A stretch of 64,000 nucleotides of DNA from an uncultured Eubacteriales bacterium (GCA_900550585.1 URST01000001.1:3099-67098); one strand, 5' to 3'; counted from the first letter of the stretch, positions 10,157 through 20,423 are shown. Notes: generated by a model not told the origin, from the letters alone. Numbers and translations are program-made.

Positions 10157-11326
10157 ATGAGCAAATATGTGTTGATCCCGGATTCCTTCAAGGGCAGCCT
10201 GTCCTCCGGGGACATCTGCCGCATCGCATCGGAGGAGATCCTCCGGCTGGAGCCGTCGGCGGAGATCTGTGCCATTCCGGTGGCCGACGGCGGCGAGGGT
10301 ACGGTGGATGCGTTTCTGGCCGCCGTGGGCGGCCGGCGGATCGCCGCGCCCTGCACCGGCCCCTGCGGGGAGCCGATGACGGCGCACTACGCCCTGCTGC
10401 CGGACGGCACGGCGGTGGTGGAGATGGCCGCGGCGGCGGGCCTGCCGCTGGTGGGGGACGCCCGCGACCCGGAAAAGACCACCACCTGCGGCGTGGGACA
10501 GCTGATGGCTCACGCGCTGTCCCACGGCACAAAGCGTCTGGTGCTGGGACTGGGCGGCAGCGCCACCAACGACGGCGGCTGCGGCGCCGCTGCCGCGCTG
10601 GGCGCGGTGTTTCTCGATGAGCAGGGCCGCCCCTTCGTACCGGTGGGCGGCACGCTGCACCGCATCGCCCATATCCGGACGGAGACGCTGCGCCGGACGC
10701 TGGACGGCGTACCGGTGACAGTGATGTGCGACATCGACAACCCGCTGTGCGGCCCGGAGGGCGCGGCGGCGGTGTTCGGCCCACAGAAGGGCGCGGACGC
10801 GGCCATGGTGGCCCGGCTGGACGCGGGGCTGTACCATCTGGCGCAGGTGCTGGCCCGGGATCTGGGCGCGGAGGTGCTGACGCTGCCCGGCGGCGGCGCG
10901 GCCGGGGGCTTCGGCGCGGGAGCCGCCGCGTTTTTCAGCGGCACGCTGCGCATGGGCATCGACACGGTGCTGGATACGGTGGACTTTGACCGCCGCTGCC
11001 TGGGCGCGCGGTTGGTCATTACCGGCGAGGGACACCTGGACAGCCAGAGCCTGCGGGGCAAGACGGTCATCGGCGTGGCCCGGCGGGCCAGAGCGCTGGG
11101 TATCCCGACGGCAGCACTGGTAGGGGGCTGCGAAACGGCGCTGGACGCGGTCTACGCGGCAGGGGTATCCGGTGTGTTTCCCATCAACCCGTCGCCCTGT
11201 ACCCTGGCGGAGGCCCGGCAGTACGGCGAGGAGAACCTGCGTTTCACCGTGGGCAATCTGCTGCGCTTCATGACCGCGCTGGAGCAGGGGAGCACGGAGC
11301 CGGACAAGCCCATGGATCGAGTATGA
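10157..11326 (+). CDS. glxK: Glycerate kinase
   Basis: PDSFKGSL, VADGGEGT, GLGGSATNDGG, VFGPQKGA and ITGEG motifs. Confidence 0.93.
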   Translation: MSKYVLIPDSFKGSLSSGDICRIASEEILRLEPSAEICAIPVADGGEGTVDAFLAAVGGRRIAAPCTGPCGEPMTAHYALLPDGTAVVEMAAAAGLPLVGDARDPEKTTTCGVGQLMAHALSHGTKRLVLGLGGSATNDGGCGAAAALGAVFLDEQGRPFVPVGGTLHRIAHIRTETLRRTLDGVPVTVMCDIDNPLCGPEGAAAVFGPQKGADAAMVARLDAGLYHLAQVLARDLGAEVLTLPGGGAAGGFGAGAAAFFSGTLRMGIDTVLDTVDFDRRCLGARLVITGEGHLDSQSLRGKTVIGVARRARALGIPTAALVGGCETALDAVYAAGVSGVFPINPSPCTLAEARQYGEENLRFTVGNLLRFMTALEQGSTEPDKPMDRV

Positions 11327-11341
11327 TGGAGGGAGAGCGCC

Positions 11342-12232
11342 ATGCAGATCAGTCAGTTTTTTATGAACGGCGACATGAGGGGCGCCATCGCATACATGCG
11401 CGCGCACGAGGAGTTCAAAGACATTCTTCCCGCGTATGCAGCGATCTTTGAAAAGGAGGAGTACCGCACGTTCGACATACCGGACGAGCTCAACGATATC
11501 CTGCGCCTGTACCAGATCTATTACCGCGACACCTTTTACTGCGGTCTGCCGGAGGCGGAGGCCGCGGACAAGCTGCTGAAACAGCTGAGGGCGCGCCTGC
11601 ATGTGCCGGATGCGGACGAAGCGCGCTTGGCGGAGCGGCTGCAGGCGGTGTTTGAAGCGGAGGGCTATCACGCGCTTTTCGGAAAGACCCAGGGATATTA
11701 CGGCCCCTACATCTGGCGGGACACGGTGCCCACCGTCTACCGCGTGGCGCTGCCGGGCGGGACGGCGGAATACACCGTCAACATTCTCAAGGGCTTCGTG
11801 TTCCGCGGCTGGATGGACTATCTGACCTTCGGCCGGTACGGCACAGGCGGCTGGGCCTCGCCCGACGGCACCATCAACTGCATCGAGCAGGCGTATGACT
11901 TTGAGAGTGAGCGGTTTCTCGTTTCGCTCCTGAAGCACGAGGCGCAGCACACCGTGGATATGAAACGGTTTCCGGGGATCACCCCCGCGGAGCTGGAATA
12001 CCGGGCGAAGCTGGTGGAGCTGCATTACACCGGCAGTCTGGAGCTGCTGCGGAAATTCCTGTCGGAGGCGGATGAAGGCAAAGCGAATGACAGCCACGCG
12101 GCGGCATCCGCGAGGATCAGACGCGAGTTTGCGGATACGGATCAGACAGAGCTTTCCCGCGTCCAGGCACGGGCGCTGGAGCTGTTTCATGTGCACACGA
12201 GAGAAATGGAGGAAAAGTACGGGAACGCTTGA
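11342..12232 (+). CDS. Hypothetical protein with HExxH zinc-metallopeptidase-like motif
   Basis: GGAGG RBS; LLKHEAQH followed by ELEYRA. Confidence 0.7.
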   Translation: MQISQFFMNGDMRGAIAYMRAHEEFKDILPAYAAIFEKEEYRTFDIPDELNDILRLYQIYYRDTFYCGLPEAEAADKLLKQLRARLHVPDADEARLAERLQAVFEAEGYHALFGKTQGYYGPYIWRDTVPTVYRVALPGGTAEYTVNILKGFVFRGWMDYLTFGRYGTGGWASPDGTINCIEQAYDFESERFLVSLLKHEAQHTVDMKRFPGITPAELEYRAKLVELHYTGSLELLRKFLSEADEGKANDSHAAASARIRREFADTDQTELSRVQARALELFHVHTREMEEKYGNA

Positions 12233-12263
12233 CCGAAGCTTCCCCGTTTGCACAGCAAAATCG

Positions 12264-12314
12264 CTGCTCCAAAAAGAAAAGACCGCCAACGGCGGTCTTT
12301 TCTTTTTGGAGCAG
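12264..12314. terminator. Bidirectional terminator, perfect 24-bp inverted repeat overlapping the tRNA 3' end
   Basis: ctgctccaaaaagaaaagaccgcc-aac-ggcggtcttttctttttggagcag. Confidence 0.8.
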
Positions 12315-12380
12315 GGTACGGGAGTCGAACCCGCCTTAACGGCTTGGGAAGCCGCTGTAATACCGATATACCAACCCTGC
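12307..12380 (-). tRNA. tRNA-Gly (anticodon CCC)
   Basis: Reverse complement GCAGGGT...GCGGC-TTCCCAA-GCCGT...GGTTCGACTCC...ACCCTGCTCCA; 74 nt with encoded CCA. Confidence 0.95.
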
Positions 12381-12390
12381 GAACGGTGTT

Positions 12391-12419
12391 ATTATAACAG
12401 GTCGGCCGGGGATTTGCAA
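12391..12419 (-). promoter_or_regulatory. Sigma-A promoter of tRNA-Gly
   Basis: TTGCAA-17 bp-TATAAT with extended -10 TG on the minus strand. Confidence 0.8.
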
Positions 12420-12496
12420 CCGGAAATTCTGTCGAAGCGCATGATTTCCGCCGCCCCGGCATAGGAATAGAAAAAACGCGGGGGAGGAACTGCATC

Positions 12497-13648
12497 ATGA
12501 AAAAATTACGGCGGGCGGCGTGCCTGCTGACGGCGCTGCTGTGCGCGCTGGCTCTGCGGCCGATGCGGGCGGCGGCGGTGGAGCTGCCCATCACCAGCCG
12601 GGCGGCACTGCTGATGGAAAAGACCACCGGCCAGATCCTGTATGCCCAGAACGAGCATGAGCAGCTGGAGCCGGCCAGCGTCACCAAGGTCATGACGCTG
12701 CTGCTGACCATGGAGGCCATCGACAGCGGCACCATCCGCTATGACGACGTGGTAACGGTCAGCGCGGCCGCTGCCGGCATGGGCGGCAGCCAGGTCTTTC
12801 TGGCGGAGGGCGAGCAGATCACCGTGGAGGAGCTGCTGAAGGCGGTATGCGTGGCCTCCGGCAACGACGCGGCAGTGGCACTGGCGGAGAAGGTGGCCGG
12901 GGTACATGAGCTGTTCGTGGAGCAGATGAACCAACGGGCGGCGGAGCTGGGCATGGAGGACACCCACTTCGTCAACTGCACCGGCCTGACGGCGGAGGGC
13001 CACGTCACCAGCGCCCACGACATCGCCCTCATGAGCCGGGAGCTGATCCTGCACCACCCGGACATCCGGCGGTTCACCACCATCTGGATGGACACCATCC
13101 GGGGCGGTGCGTTCCAGCTGGCCAATACCAACAAGCTCATCCGCTTCTACGACGGGGCCACCGGCCTCAAGACCGGCTATACCGCCTCGGCGGGCTACTG
13201 CATCAGTGCCACGGCGGAGCGTGACGGCATGGAGCTCATCGCCGTCATCATGAAGGGCCCCGACAAGGACACCCGCAACAACGACGCCAAGGCCCTGCTG
13301 AACTACGGCTTCTCCACCTACACGCTGGTCAGCGCCCTGCCGCAGGAGCCGCTGGCCCCCGTGCCGGTGGTCATGGGCACGGCGGACACCGTGCAGCCCC
13401 TGGCGGAGACGGAGAACGCCGCGGTGCTGGTGGAAAAATCGAAAGCCGCAGCCCTGACCCAGACCGTCACGCTGGAGCCGCAGGTGACGGCACCGGTGAC
13501 GGCGGGGCAGAAGCTGGGAGAGCTGTCGGTGCTGGACGGCGATACGCCGCTGCTGACGGTGCCGCTGGTGGCGGCGGAGGACGTGGCGCGCCGCGGCTGG
13601 GGGCAGGTGTTCACCCAGCTGCTGCGCATGGCGGTATTTGCGGCATAG
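12497..13648 (+). CDS. dacF: D-alanyl-D-alanine carboxypeptidase (peptidase S11, DacF-like)
   Basis: Signal peptide, PASVTK (SxxK), SGN, KTG motifs, PBP5 C-terminal domain. Confidence 0.88.
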   Translation: MKKLRRAACLLTALLCALALRPMRAAAVELPITSRAALLMEKTTGQILYAQNEHEQLEPASVTKVMTLLLTMEAIDSGTIRYDDVVTVSAAAAGMGGSQVFLAEGEQITVEELLKAVCVASGNDAAVALAEKVAGVHELFVEQMNQRAAELGMEDTHFVNCTGLTAEGHVTSAHDIALMSRELILHHPDIRRFTTIWMDTIRGGAFQLANTNKLIRFYDGATGLKTGYTASAGYCISATAERDGMELIAVIMKGPDKDTRNNDAKALLNYGFSTYTLVSALPQEPLAPVPVVMGTADTVQPLAETENAAVLVEKSKAAALTQTVTLEPQVTAPVTAGQKLGELSVLDGDTPLLTVPLVAAEDVARRGWGQVFTQLLRMAVFAA

Positions 13649-13749
13649 ACCGCCTTTTTCCCCTTGTAATTTGGGTACGTTCGTTGTAATATATGAAAAA
13701 CTGAAAAGCAGGACGGAAATACCCGACTTTTACCAAGGAGGAATGATAT

Positions 13750-15087
13750 ATGATCCGTGTGGACCTCAACAGCTGCAAGAGCTTTATCCCGCTGCCCTAC
13801 GAGGCAGCGCTGGCGCCGCGCCTGCGCATCGCCCATGACCATCTGCAAAAGGGCGATGGCGCCGGCGGCGACTTTACCGGCTGGGTGCGCCTGCCGGCGG
13901 ACTACGACAGGGAGGAGTTTGCCCGCATCAAGGCCGCCGCGGCCCGGATCAAGGCGGATTCCCAGGCGCTGGTGGTCATCGGCATCGGCGGCTCCTATCT
14001 GGGCGCCCGGGGCGTCATCGAGTGCCTGCGCTCCCCTAACTACAACCTGAAGAAGAAGGACACCCCCAACATCTACTTTGTGGGCAACGGCCTGTCCTCC
14101 GACTACATGAGCGAGATCGTGGAGCTGCTGGACGGCGTGGACTTCTCCGTCAACGTCATCTCCAAGTCCGGCACCACCACGGAGCCGGCGGTGGCCTTCC
14201 GCTTCTTCCGCGCGCTGCTGGAGAAGAAGTACGGCCCGGAGGGCGCGGCCCGCCGCATTTACGCCACCACCGACCGCCGTAAAGGCGCGCTGAAGTCTCT
14301 GGCGGACGCCAAGGGCTATGAGACGTTCGTGGTGCCCGACGACGTGGGCGGGCGTTACAGTGTGCTGACGGCTGTGGGCCTGCTGCCCATCGCCGTGGCC
14401 GGCATCGACATCGACGCCCTGATGGCCGGCGCACGGGAGGTGATGGACACCTGCGCGGCAGCGGACATGGACGCCAACCCCGCGTGGCAGTATGCCGCCG
14501 CCCGGTACGAGATGTACCGCAGCGGCAAGAAGATCGAGATCCTGGCGGCCTACGAGCCCTGCTTCCGGTTCATGGCCGAGTGGTGGAAGCAGCTGTACGG
14601 CGAGTCCGAGGGCAAGGAGGGCAAGGGCCTGTTCCCCGCCAGCGTGGAGTTCACCGCCGACCTGCACTCCATGGGTCAGTATATCCAGCAGGGTGAGCGG
14701 CACCTGTTCGAGACGGTGGTGCGCTTCGGCCCGTCGAAGCACGAAAACCCCGTGCCCTATGACGAGACGGACGGCGACGGCCTGAACTTCCTGACCGGCA
14801 AGAGCATGGACTTCATCCGCGAGCAGGCCATGGACGGCACGCTGCTGGCCCATGTGGAGGGCGGCGTCCCCAACATCACCCTGTACGCCGATGCGCTGGC
14901 GGAGAGCGTCATGGGCCAGCTCATCTACTTCTTCGAGTACGCCTGCGGCCTCAGCGGCTACCTGCTGGACGTGAACCCCTTCGACCAGCCCGGCGTGGAG
15001 GCCTACAAGAAGAACATGTTCGCGCTGCTGGGCAAGCCCGGCTACGAGGAGCTGCGGGGCACGCTGCTGGCAAAGCTGGGCCGGTAA
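13750..15087 (+). CDS. pgi: Glucose-6-phosphate isomerase
   Basis: GIGGSYLG, SKSGTTTE, GGRYS, QLYGESEGK and NPFDQPGVEAYK motifs. Confidence 0.97.
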   Translation: MIRVDLNSCKSFIPLPYEAALAPRLRIAHDHLQKGDGAGGDFTGWVRLPADYDREEFARIKAAAARIKADSQALVVIGIGGSYLGARGVIECLRSPNYNLKKKDTPNIYFVGNGLSSDYMSEIVELLDGVDFSVNVISKSGTTTEPAVAFRFFRALLEKKYGPEGAARRIYATTDRRKGALKSLADAKGYETFVVPDDVGGRYSVLTAVGLLPIAVAGIDIDALMAGAREVMDTCAAADMDANPAWQYAAARYEMYRSGKKIEILAAYEPCFRFMAEWWKQLYGESEGKEGKGLFPASVEFTADLHSMGQYIQQGERHLFETVVRFGPSKHENPVPYDETDGDGLNFLTGKSMDFIREQAMDGTLLAHVEGGVPNITLYADALAESVMGQLIYFFEYACGLSGYLLDVNPFDQPGVEAYKKNMFALLGKPGYEELRGTLLAKLGR

Positions 15088-15201
15088 GGCGTTTTCACCA
15101 AAAACGGAGGCGGTATTTTTCCGTTGCTATTTTGCTCTTGGTATGGTATGCTACAAGCAGGAGTAGAGCCAGCTCCATCAATGACAAAGGAGTGATTTCT
15201 T

Positions 15202-15612
15202 ATGGTTAGACTGATCATGGGCGCAAACGGTGCAGGCAAGACGAAGCAGCTCATCGAGCTGATCCACAACAGCGTGGAGTCCGAGACCGGCAGCGTCGTA
15301 TGCATCGAGCCCAGCCGCGACATGACCTACGACATCAGCTACAATGTGCGTCTGGTCAATGCCGGTGAGTACAACGTGGATTCTTTTGAGTGCCTGCGCG
15401 GCTTCCTCTGCGGCCTGTATGCGGGCAATTACGATATTTCCCATGTGTTTGTGGACAACCTGTGCAAGATCGCGGGCAGCACCGACTGGCAGGCGGTGGA
15501 GAAGTTCCTCCACTGGCTGGACCGCTTCAGCGAGAGCAACGAGGTGAAGTTTACTGTCACCGTCAGCGCCGACGAGGACGTGGCCACCGAGGGCATGCGC
15601 CAGTACATCTGA
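15202..15612 (+). CDS. Small conserved P-loop protein
   Basis: GANGAGKT Walker A, VFVD Walker B-like; AAGGAG RBS. Confidence 0.8.
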   Translation: MVRLIMGANGAGKTKQLIELIHNSVESETGSVVCIEPSRDMTYDISYNVRLVNAGEYNVDSFECLRGFLCGLYAGNYDISHVFVDNLCKIAGSTDWQAVEKFLHWLDRFSESNEVKFTVTVSADEDVATEGMRQYI

Positions 15613-15617
15613 ACCGG

Positions 15618-15664
15618 AACGCAAAAAAGAAAGACGCCGTGCGGCGTCTTTCTTTTTTGCGTTT
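15618..15664. terminator. Bidirectional intrinsic terminator
   Basis: gcaaaaaagaaagacgccg-tg-cggcgtctttcttttttgc between convergent genes. Confidence 0.85.
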
Positions 15665-16391
15665 ACTGCTGCTGGAACCGCTCCTGCAGGGCGTGGAGCG
15701 TCACCTCGTAGGCCCGCTGCTCATGGGGGCAGTCCTGGGGCTGATAGGGAAGCCCTGCCCGGCGGCACAGCAGCTCCGTGAAGTAGCTGTTGATGTGGGG
15801 GTTTTTCATCAGCAGGGGGCCGATGAGATGGGTGCCGTAGAAGCTGCCCTCCCACACGCCGTCCTCCGCCGTACCGGCGTGGTTGCCGGGGCCGTGCTCC
15901 ATGCGGAACAGGGGGTGCGCCGCATCGGTGGTCTGGCTGGCCTTGTTCACAAAGCCCACCGCCACCTGGCCGGTGGCAGCGCCCACCGCCAGACAGTCGC
16001 CCTGGATGCGCTCCGTGCCGGACACGGTGGTGCGGAAGGGGAACAGGCACAGTCCGGCGTGCTCCGCGCCGTCAGGGTCGGTGATGCTGCGGCCGAACAG
16101 CTCCATGGCGTTGCCTGTGGCCAGCACCACGGCGCCCCGCTCCAGCGCCGCGCGTATAGCGCCTTCATAGCGGCGCAGATCCTCCAGCGCCGTGAGCTGG
16201 GCGTTTTCGGTGCCGGCGCCCATATAGAGGAAGTCCGCGCCGGAGAAGTCGATGTCCTCATACAGCGTGCCGGTGCGGACGACGACCTCCGCGCCCTGCC
16301 GCTCCAGACTGCGCCGCAGCGCGGCCACGTTGGCGTACTCGCCGTACAGGTTCATCAGATCCGGATAGAGATGCAGAAGCTGGATGCTCAT
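15663..16391 (-). CDS. gatD: CobQ-like glutamine amidotransferase, lipid II amidation subunit GatD
   Basis: LYPDLMNLYG and GTHLIGPLLMKNP motifs; adjacent to murT. Confidence 0.85.
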   Translation of the reverse strand: MSIQLLHLYPDLMNLYGEYANVAALRRSLERQGAEVVVRTGTLYEDIDFSGADFLYMGAGTENAQLTALEDLRRYEGAIRAALERGAVVLATGNAMELFGRSITDPDGAEHAGLCLFPFRTTVSGTERIQGDCLAVGAATGQVAVGFVNKASQTTDAAHPLFRMEHGPGNHAGTAEDGVWEGSFYGTHLIGPLLMKNPHINSYFTELLCRRAGLPYQPQDCPHEQRAYEVTLHALQERFQQQ

Positions 16392-16404
16392 GTGCAGACC
16401 CTCC

Positions 16405-17733
16405 TTAAAGCGTAGTGACCAGCGACAGGAACTTGCCCTTGTCGGAGAAGCAGGTGATGGTATAGGCCTGTGTCACACCGTCCCGGACGGCGGCGTCCAC
16501 GCCCTCGGCGATGCTCTCGTAGGCGCTGAGCTTCTCCGGCGGCACATCGGTGTAGGAGAAGCGGACGTACAGGTCGTCGGCGTACCGGCCCAGCAGGTAA
16601 ATGTGGGAGGCGTTCTCCGTGTTCAGCATGCCGAAGTCGATGTCCCACAGCCAGCTTGTCTCGCTGGTGAAATACTTGCGGCTGACGGCGTCCACGATGA
16701 TGATGACGGCGTGGGGCTCCTTCTGCTGCACGGTGTAGCGCAGGGACTGGTCGTAGGACACGGAGTTCTCGTGCTTGGAGGCCAGCAGTGTGCCGCGCAT
16801 GGTCTGGTACTGCCAGTTGACGATGCGCCCGTTTTTCAGAACGTAGCGGCTGATGCTGCGGGCGATGTCGCCGCCGTCCACGCCGGCCAGCGCGCACACG
16901 GTGTAGCACGCCAGAATGTTGTAGGCGTTGTAGATGCTCTTGAAGGCCAGCTCGATGCGGTCCTTCCCGTTGATGGTGAGGAAGCCTGCGTCCAGATCCG
17001 CGTCGGTGACGGTGTAGGCCGTCTCCGGACGGCGGAAATCGCACTTCGTGCAGTGATAGCTGCCGATGTGGTTGTAGTGGTAGTAGTCGTAGGCCATGGG
17101 CGCATGGCACAGCGGGCAGTATTTGCCGTCGTCATAGATACCGGTGCTGCGGTCGGTGGAAAAGCGCTGCCGGTCCATGCCGAACCACACCACCTTGTTG
17201 GGCCGGCCCCGCCCGAACAGGGATACCAGCGGGTCGTCGGCGTTGAGGATCAGCGTGCAGTCCGGGCCGATGCTCGGCTCAATGGCCTTGTACACCCACT
17301 GGGGGTGGCCGTTGCGGGTGAGCTGGTCGCGGTACAGGTTGGTGATGACGTAGTGGGTGGGCTGGAAATAACGGAAGGTGTACTGGGCGTAGCGCTCATC
17401 GGACTCGATGACCACCGCGTCGCTTCTGCACCGGCCTGTCAGGGTGCTGCTGCACAGCAGCAGGGTGGTGACGCCCTCGATCTGGTTGGAGCCCTCCCGG
17501 TTGAACACCACCTTTTTTCCGGCGGCGGTGAGCACATGGGCGATCATCTCGGACGTGGAGGTCTTGCCGTTGCTGCCGGTAACGGCGATGATCTCCGACG
17601 GCAGCTGCACCCGCTGCAGGACATCGGGGCAGATCTTCAGCGCGATCTGTCCGGGCAGGCTGCTGCCCCGGCCCACGAAGGAGCCCACGAAGCGTATGAG
17701 CTTGCAGACCAGAATGGCCAGGAATTTTCTCAT
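16405..17733 (-). CDS. murT: Lipid II isoglutaminyl synthase subunit MurT (Mur ligase with DUF1727)
   Basis: GSSLPG, VTGSNGKT, NLYRDQL, CPLC...CTKC zinc ribbon, SWLWDIDF. Confidence 0.9.
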   Translation of the reverse strand: MRKFLAILVCKLIRFVGSFVGRGSSLPGQIALKICPDVLQRVQLPSEIIAVTGSNGKTSTSEMIAHVLTAAGKKVVFNREGSNQIEGVTTLLLCSSTLTGRCRSDAVVIESDERYAQYTFRYFQPTHYVITNLYRDQLTRNGHPQWVYKAIEPSIGPDCTLILNADDPLVSLFGRGRPNKVVWFGMDRQRFSTDRSTGIYDDGKYCPLCHAPMAYDYYHYNHIGSYHCTKCDFRRPETAYTVTDADLDAGFLTINGKDRIELAFKSIYNAYNILACYTVCALAGVDGGDIARSISRYVLKNGRIVNWQYQTMRGTLLASKHENSVSYDQSLRYTVQQKEPHAVIIIVDAVSRKYFTSETSWLWDIDFGMLNTENASHIYLLGRYADDLYVRFSYTDVPPEKLSAYESIAEGVDAAVRDGVTQAYTITCFSDKGKFLSLVTTL

Positions 17734-17773
17734 AAAAGACCCTCCTTATCGTATGACGCGGCGCGAGGCCGCC

Positions 17774-19648
17774 TTATCCGCGGTGTGTCTGGAGCCAGAT
17801 CATCAGCGCGCCGATGTCCGCCGGGGACACGCCGGAGATGCGGCTGGCCTGTCCCAGGTTCAACGGCCGCACCGCGCCCAGCTTCTCCCGTGCCTCCAGC
17901 CGCAGACCCTGGATGCCGCTGTAATCCATATCGTCGGGCAGCGTGTGCTTTTCCAGCTGCTCGAACTCCTCCACCTGCCGCTGCTGGCGGCGGATGTAGC
18001 CCTCGTATTTCACGGTGATCTCCACCTGCTCCCGCACGGCCTTGTCCAGCGCCGGTGCGCCGGGGTCGAAGGGCCGCAGGTCGTCATATGACACCTGCGG
18101 GCGGCGCAGCAGGTCGATGAGCCGCGCGCCGTCGGCTACGGGGGCGGTGCCCCGCCGCGCCAGCAGGTCGTTGAGAGCGCCGCTGCCGGCCACGCCGGTG
18201 TGGGTCAGGCGCCGTATCTCCCGCTCCACCGCGGCGTATTTTTCCTCCACGGCCCGCAGCCGCTCCCCGGACACCAGCCCGATGCGGTGCCCGATGGGGC
18301 ACAGCCGCCGGTCGGCGTTGTCCTGCCGCAGGATCAGCCGGTACTCGGAGCGGGAGGTCATCATGCGGTACGGCTCTTCGGTGCCCTTGGTCACCAGATC
18401 GTCGATGAGGGTGCCGATGTAGCTCTCGCTGCGCCGCAGGACCATGGGCGCCTCGCCCTTCAGGGCCAGCGCCGCGTTGACGCCGGCCACAAAGCCCTGC
18501 GCCGCCGCCTCCTCGTAGCCGGAGGAGCCGTTGAACTGTCCCGCGCCGTACAGGCCGCCCACGGTCTTGACCTCCAGCGTGGGCCGCAGGGCCAGCGGGT
18601 CGATGCAGTCGTACTCGATGGCGTAGGCCGGGCGCATCATCTCTGCGTGCTCCAGACCGGGCACGCTGTGCAGCATCCGCAGCTGCACCTCCTCCGGCAT
18701 GGAGGAGGAGAAGCCCTGGATGTACATCTCCTCCGTGTCCAGCCCCATGGGCTCGATGAACAGCTGGTGCCGGGGCTTGTCCGCGAACCGGACCACCTTC
18801 GTCTCGATGGACGGGCAGTACCGGGGGCCGACGCCCTCGATGACGCCGGAGTAGATGGGGCTTCGGTCCAGATTCTCCCGTATGATGCGGTGGGTTTCCT
18901 CCGTGGTGTAGGTCAGGTAGCACACAGCCCGGTTCTCCGGTGCCTGCGCCGTCTCAAAGCTGAAGGGCAGGGGATCGCTGTCGCCCTCCTGCACCTCCAT
19001 TTTGGAGAAGTCGATGCTCCGCCGGTTCACCCGCGGCGGCGTACCGGTCTTGAACCGCCGCAGGGGCAGCCCCAGCGCCAGCAGACAGTCGGTCAGGGCG
19101 TTGGCGGCGTGCATGCCGTCGGGGCCGGAGGACTCGATGCACTCGCCCACGATGGTGCGCCCCGTCAGATAGGTGCCGGTGCAGAGAATGACGGCCTTCA
19201 CGCCGAACACCGCGCCGGTGCGCAGCACCACGGCGGACACCCGTCCGTTTTCGCAGCGGATCTCCGTCACCTCCGCCTGCCGCAGCGTCAGGTTCTCCTG
19301 CCGCTCCAGCGTATGCTTCATGACCTGCTGGTAGCGGCGGCGGTCGGCCTGCGCCCGCAGGGACCACACGGCGGGGCCTTTGGCCCGGTTCAGCATCCGG
19401 TACTGGATGCAGGCGCGGTCCGCCGCCCTGGCCATTTCGCCGCCCAGGGCGTCCAGCTCCCGGACAAGGTGCCCCTTGCCGGTGCCGCCGATGGCGGGGT
19501 TGCAGGGCATATTGCCCACCGCGTCCAGATCAATGGTGAAGCAGACGGTGCGCATCCCCAGCCGCGCTGCCGCCAGCGCCGCCTCGATGCCGGCGTGGCC
19601 CGCGCCGATGACGGCGATATCAAATTCTCCCGCGCAAAACTCTCTCAT
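17774..19648 (-). CDS. mnmG: tRNA uridine-5-carboxymethylaminomethyl modification enzyme MnmG (GidA)
   Basis: [33 protein letters not shown] and GYEEAAAQG motifs. Confidence 0.97.
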   Translation of the reverse strand: MREFCAGEFDIAVIGAGHAGIEAALAAARLGMRTVCFTIDLDAVGNMPCNPAIGGTGKGHLVRELDALGGEMARAADRACIQYRMLNRAKGPAVWSLRAQADRRRYQQVMKHTLERQENLTLRQAEVTEIRCENGRVSAVVLRTGAVFGVKAVILCTGTYLTGRTIVGECIESSGPDGMHAANALTDCLLALGLPLRRFKTGTPPRVNRRSIDFSKMEVQEGDSDPLPFSFETAQAPENRAVCYLTYTTEETHRIIRENLDRSPIYSGVIEGVGPRYCPSIETKVVRFADKPRHQLFIEPMGLDTEEMYIQGFSSSMPEEVQLRMLHSVPGLEHAEMMRPAYAIEYDCIDPLALRPTLEVKTVGGLYGAGQFNGSSGYEEAAAQGFVAGVNAALALKGEAPMVLRRSESYIGTLIDDLVTKGTEEPYRMMTSRSEYRLILRQDNADRRLCPIGHRIGLVSGERLRAVEEKYAAVEREIRRLTHTGVAGSGALNDLLARRGTAPVADGARLIDLLRRPQVSYDDLRPFDPGAPALDKAVREQVEITVKYEGYIRRQQRQVEEFEQLEKHTLPDDMDYSGIQGLRLEAREKLGAVRPLNLGQASRISGVSPADIGALMIWLQTHRG

Positions 19649-19765
19649 AGTATATCCCCAATGCGTTCATATGCAGTCATTATATATGGTATGGCCCACA
19701 AGTGCCATTGTGGAAATCACACAAAAATATCTTCTTCAAATTGTGAAATCCGTGCAGAAATCAGC

Positions 19766-19794
19766 TTGCAAAACCGGGAGAAACGGCATATACT
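19766..19794 (+). promoter_or_regulatory. Sigma-A promoter divergent from mnmG
   Basis: TTGCAA-17 bp-TATACT. Confidence 0.65.
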
Positions 19795-19833
19795 ATGCTC
19801 GTAGACAAATGAAGAAAGGAGCGTGATAGTGTT

Positions 19834-19911
19834 ATGATGAACAACTGGATCATGGGCGATCTGGACGATATGATCTTCGGCGACTGCCATCAGCAGGTCA
19901 GCCAGCGGTAA
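19834..19911 (+). CDS. Putative 25-aa small protein MMNNWIMGDLDDMIFGDCHQQVSQR
   Basis: Own promoter, AAGGAG RBS, host-like codons, downstream hairpin with T tract. Confidence 0.5.
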   Translation: MMNNWIMGDLDDMIFGDCHQQVSQR

Positions 19912-20023
19912 GCGTCCCACCCACAAAAGATGACCACCACGCCAGTGTGCGTGGCGTTTTGCTTTTTATGGGCATTTTTTGCCCTGTTCATACAGTATTT
20001 TACCGCAAAGAAGATCATCGCAG

Positions 20024-20062
20024 AGAGAGGCGCGGCCAACGCAGTTGGCCGCGCCTCTTTTT
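20024..20062. terminator. Bidirectional terminator
   Basis: agaggcgcggccaac-gca-gttggccgcgcctct followed by a T tract. Confidence 0.8.
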
Positions 20063-20423
20063 ATAGCTTCTCCATGTTCTTGGCGGCCACCACGTCCACG
20101 CCGGTGCCGCAGACATCCCGCAGCACCACGTCGCCGATGGCGATGGGGGCCTGCGCCGTCACGGTGCCCAGCGCCCGGGCCACGTCAAAGACCAGCGCCT
20201 TGGGCACCTCGCCGTTGGTGCGTACCGGCAGCACCGGCAGCGCCGCGCCCCGGATGGCCACCGTCCCGGTGACGGTGCGCACCGGCGCCACGCACTCCTT
20301 CCGGGCGTAGGCCTCGCCACGGGGACAGGTATTGCCGCTGACGGCAGTCACCGCGCCGTTTTCCACCTCGGCGGTGAGCTGGCAGCCCATGGGGCAGCCG
20401 ATGCAGATCAGCTCCTGCTTCAT
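20061..20423 (-). CDS. DUF1667-like small Cys protein (oxidoreductase accessory subunit)
   Basis: CIGCPMGC...GNTCPRG; third gene of the oxidoreductase operon. Confidence 0.85.
   Translation of the reverse strand: MKQELICIGCPMGCQLTAEVENGAVTAVSGNTCPRGEAYARKECVAPVRTVTGTVAIRGAALPVLPVRTNGEVPKALVFDVARALGTVTAQAPIAIGDVVLRDVCGTGVDVVAAKNMEKL

Noticed and set aside
9239..12289. 1016-aa minus-strand ORF
   Set aside because: It spans three well-supported plus-strand genes and a terminator; a shadow frame
12307..12380. tRNA-Gly as the ICE integration site
   Set aside because: No direct repeat of its 3' end elsewhere was seen; the ICE ends map to 25148 and 63474
12430..12436. TGTCGAA Spo0A-box-like heptamer upstream of dacF
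   Set aside because: A single 7-mer is not enough support without a mapped promoter
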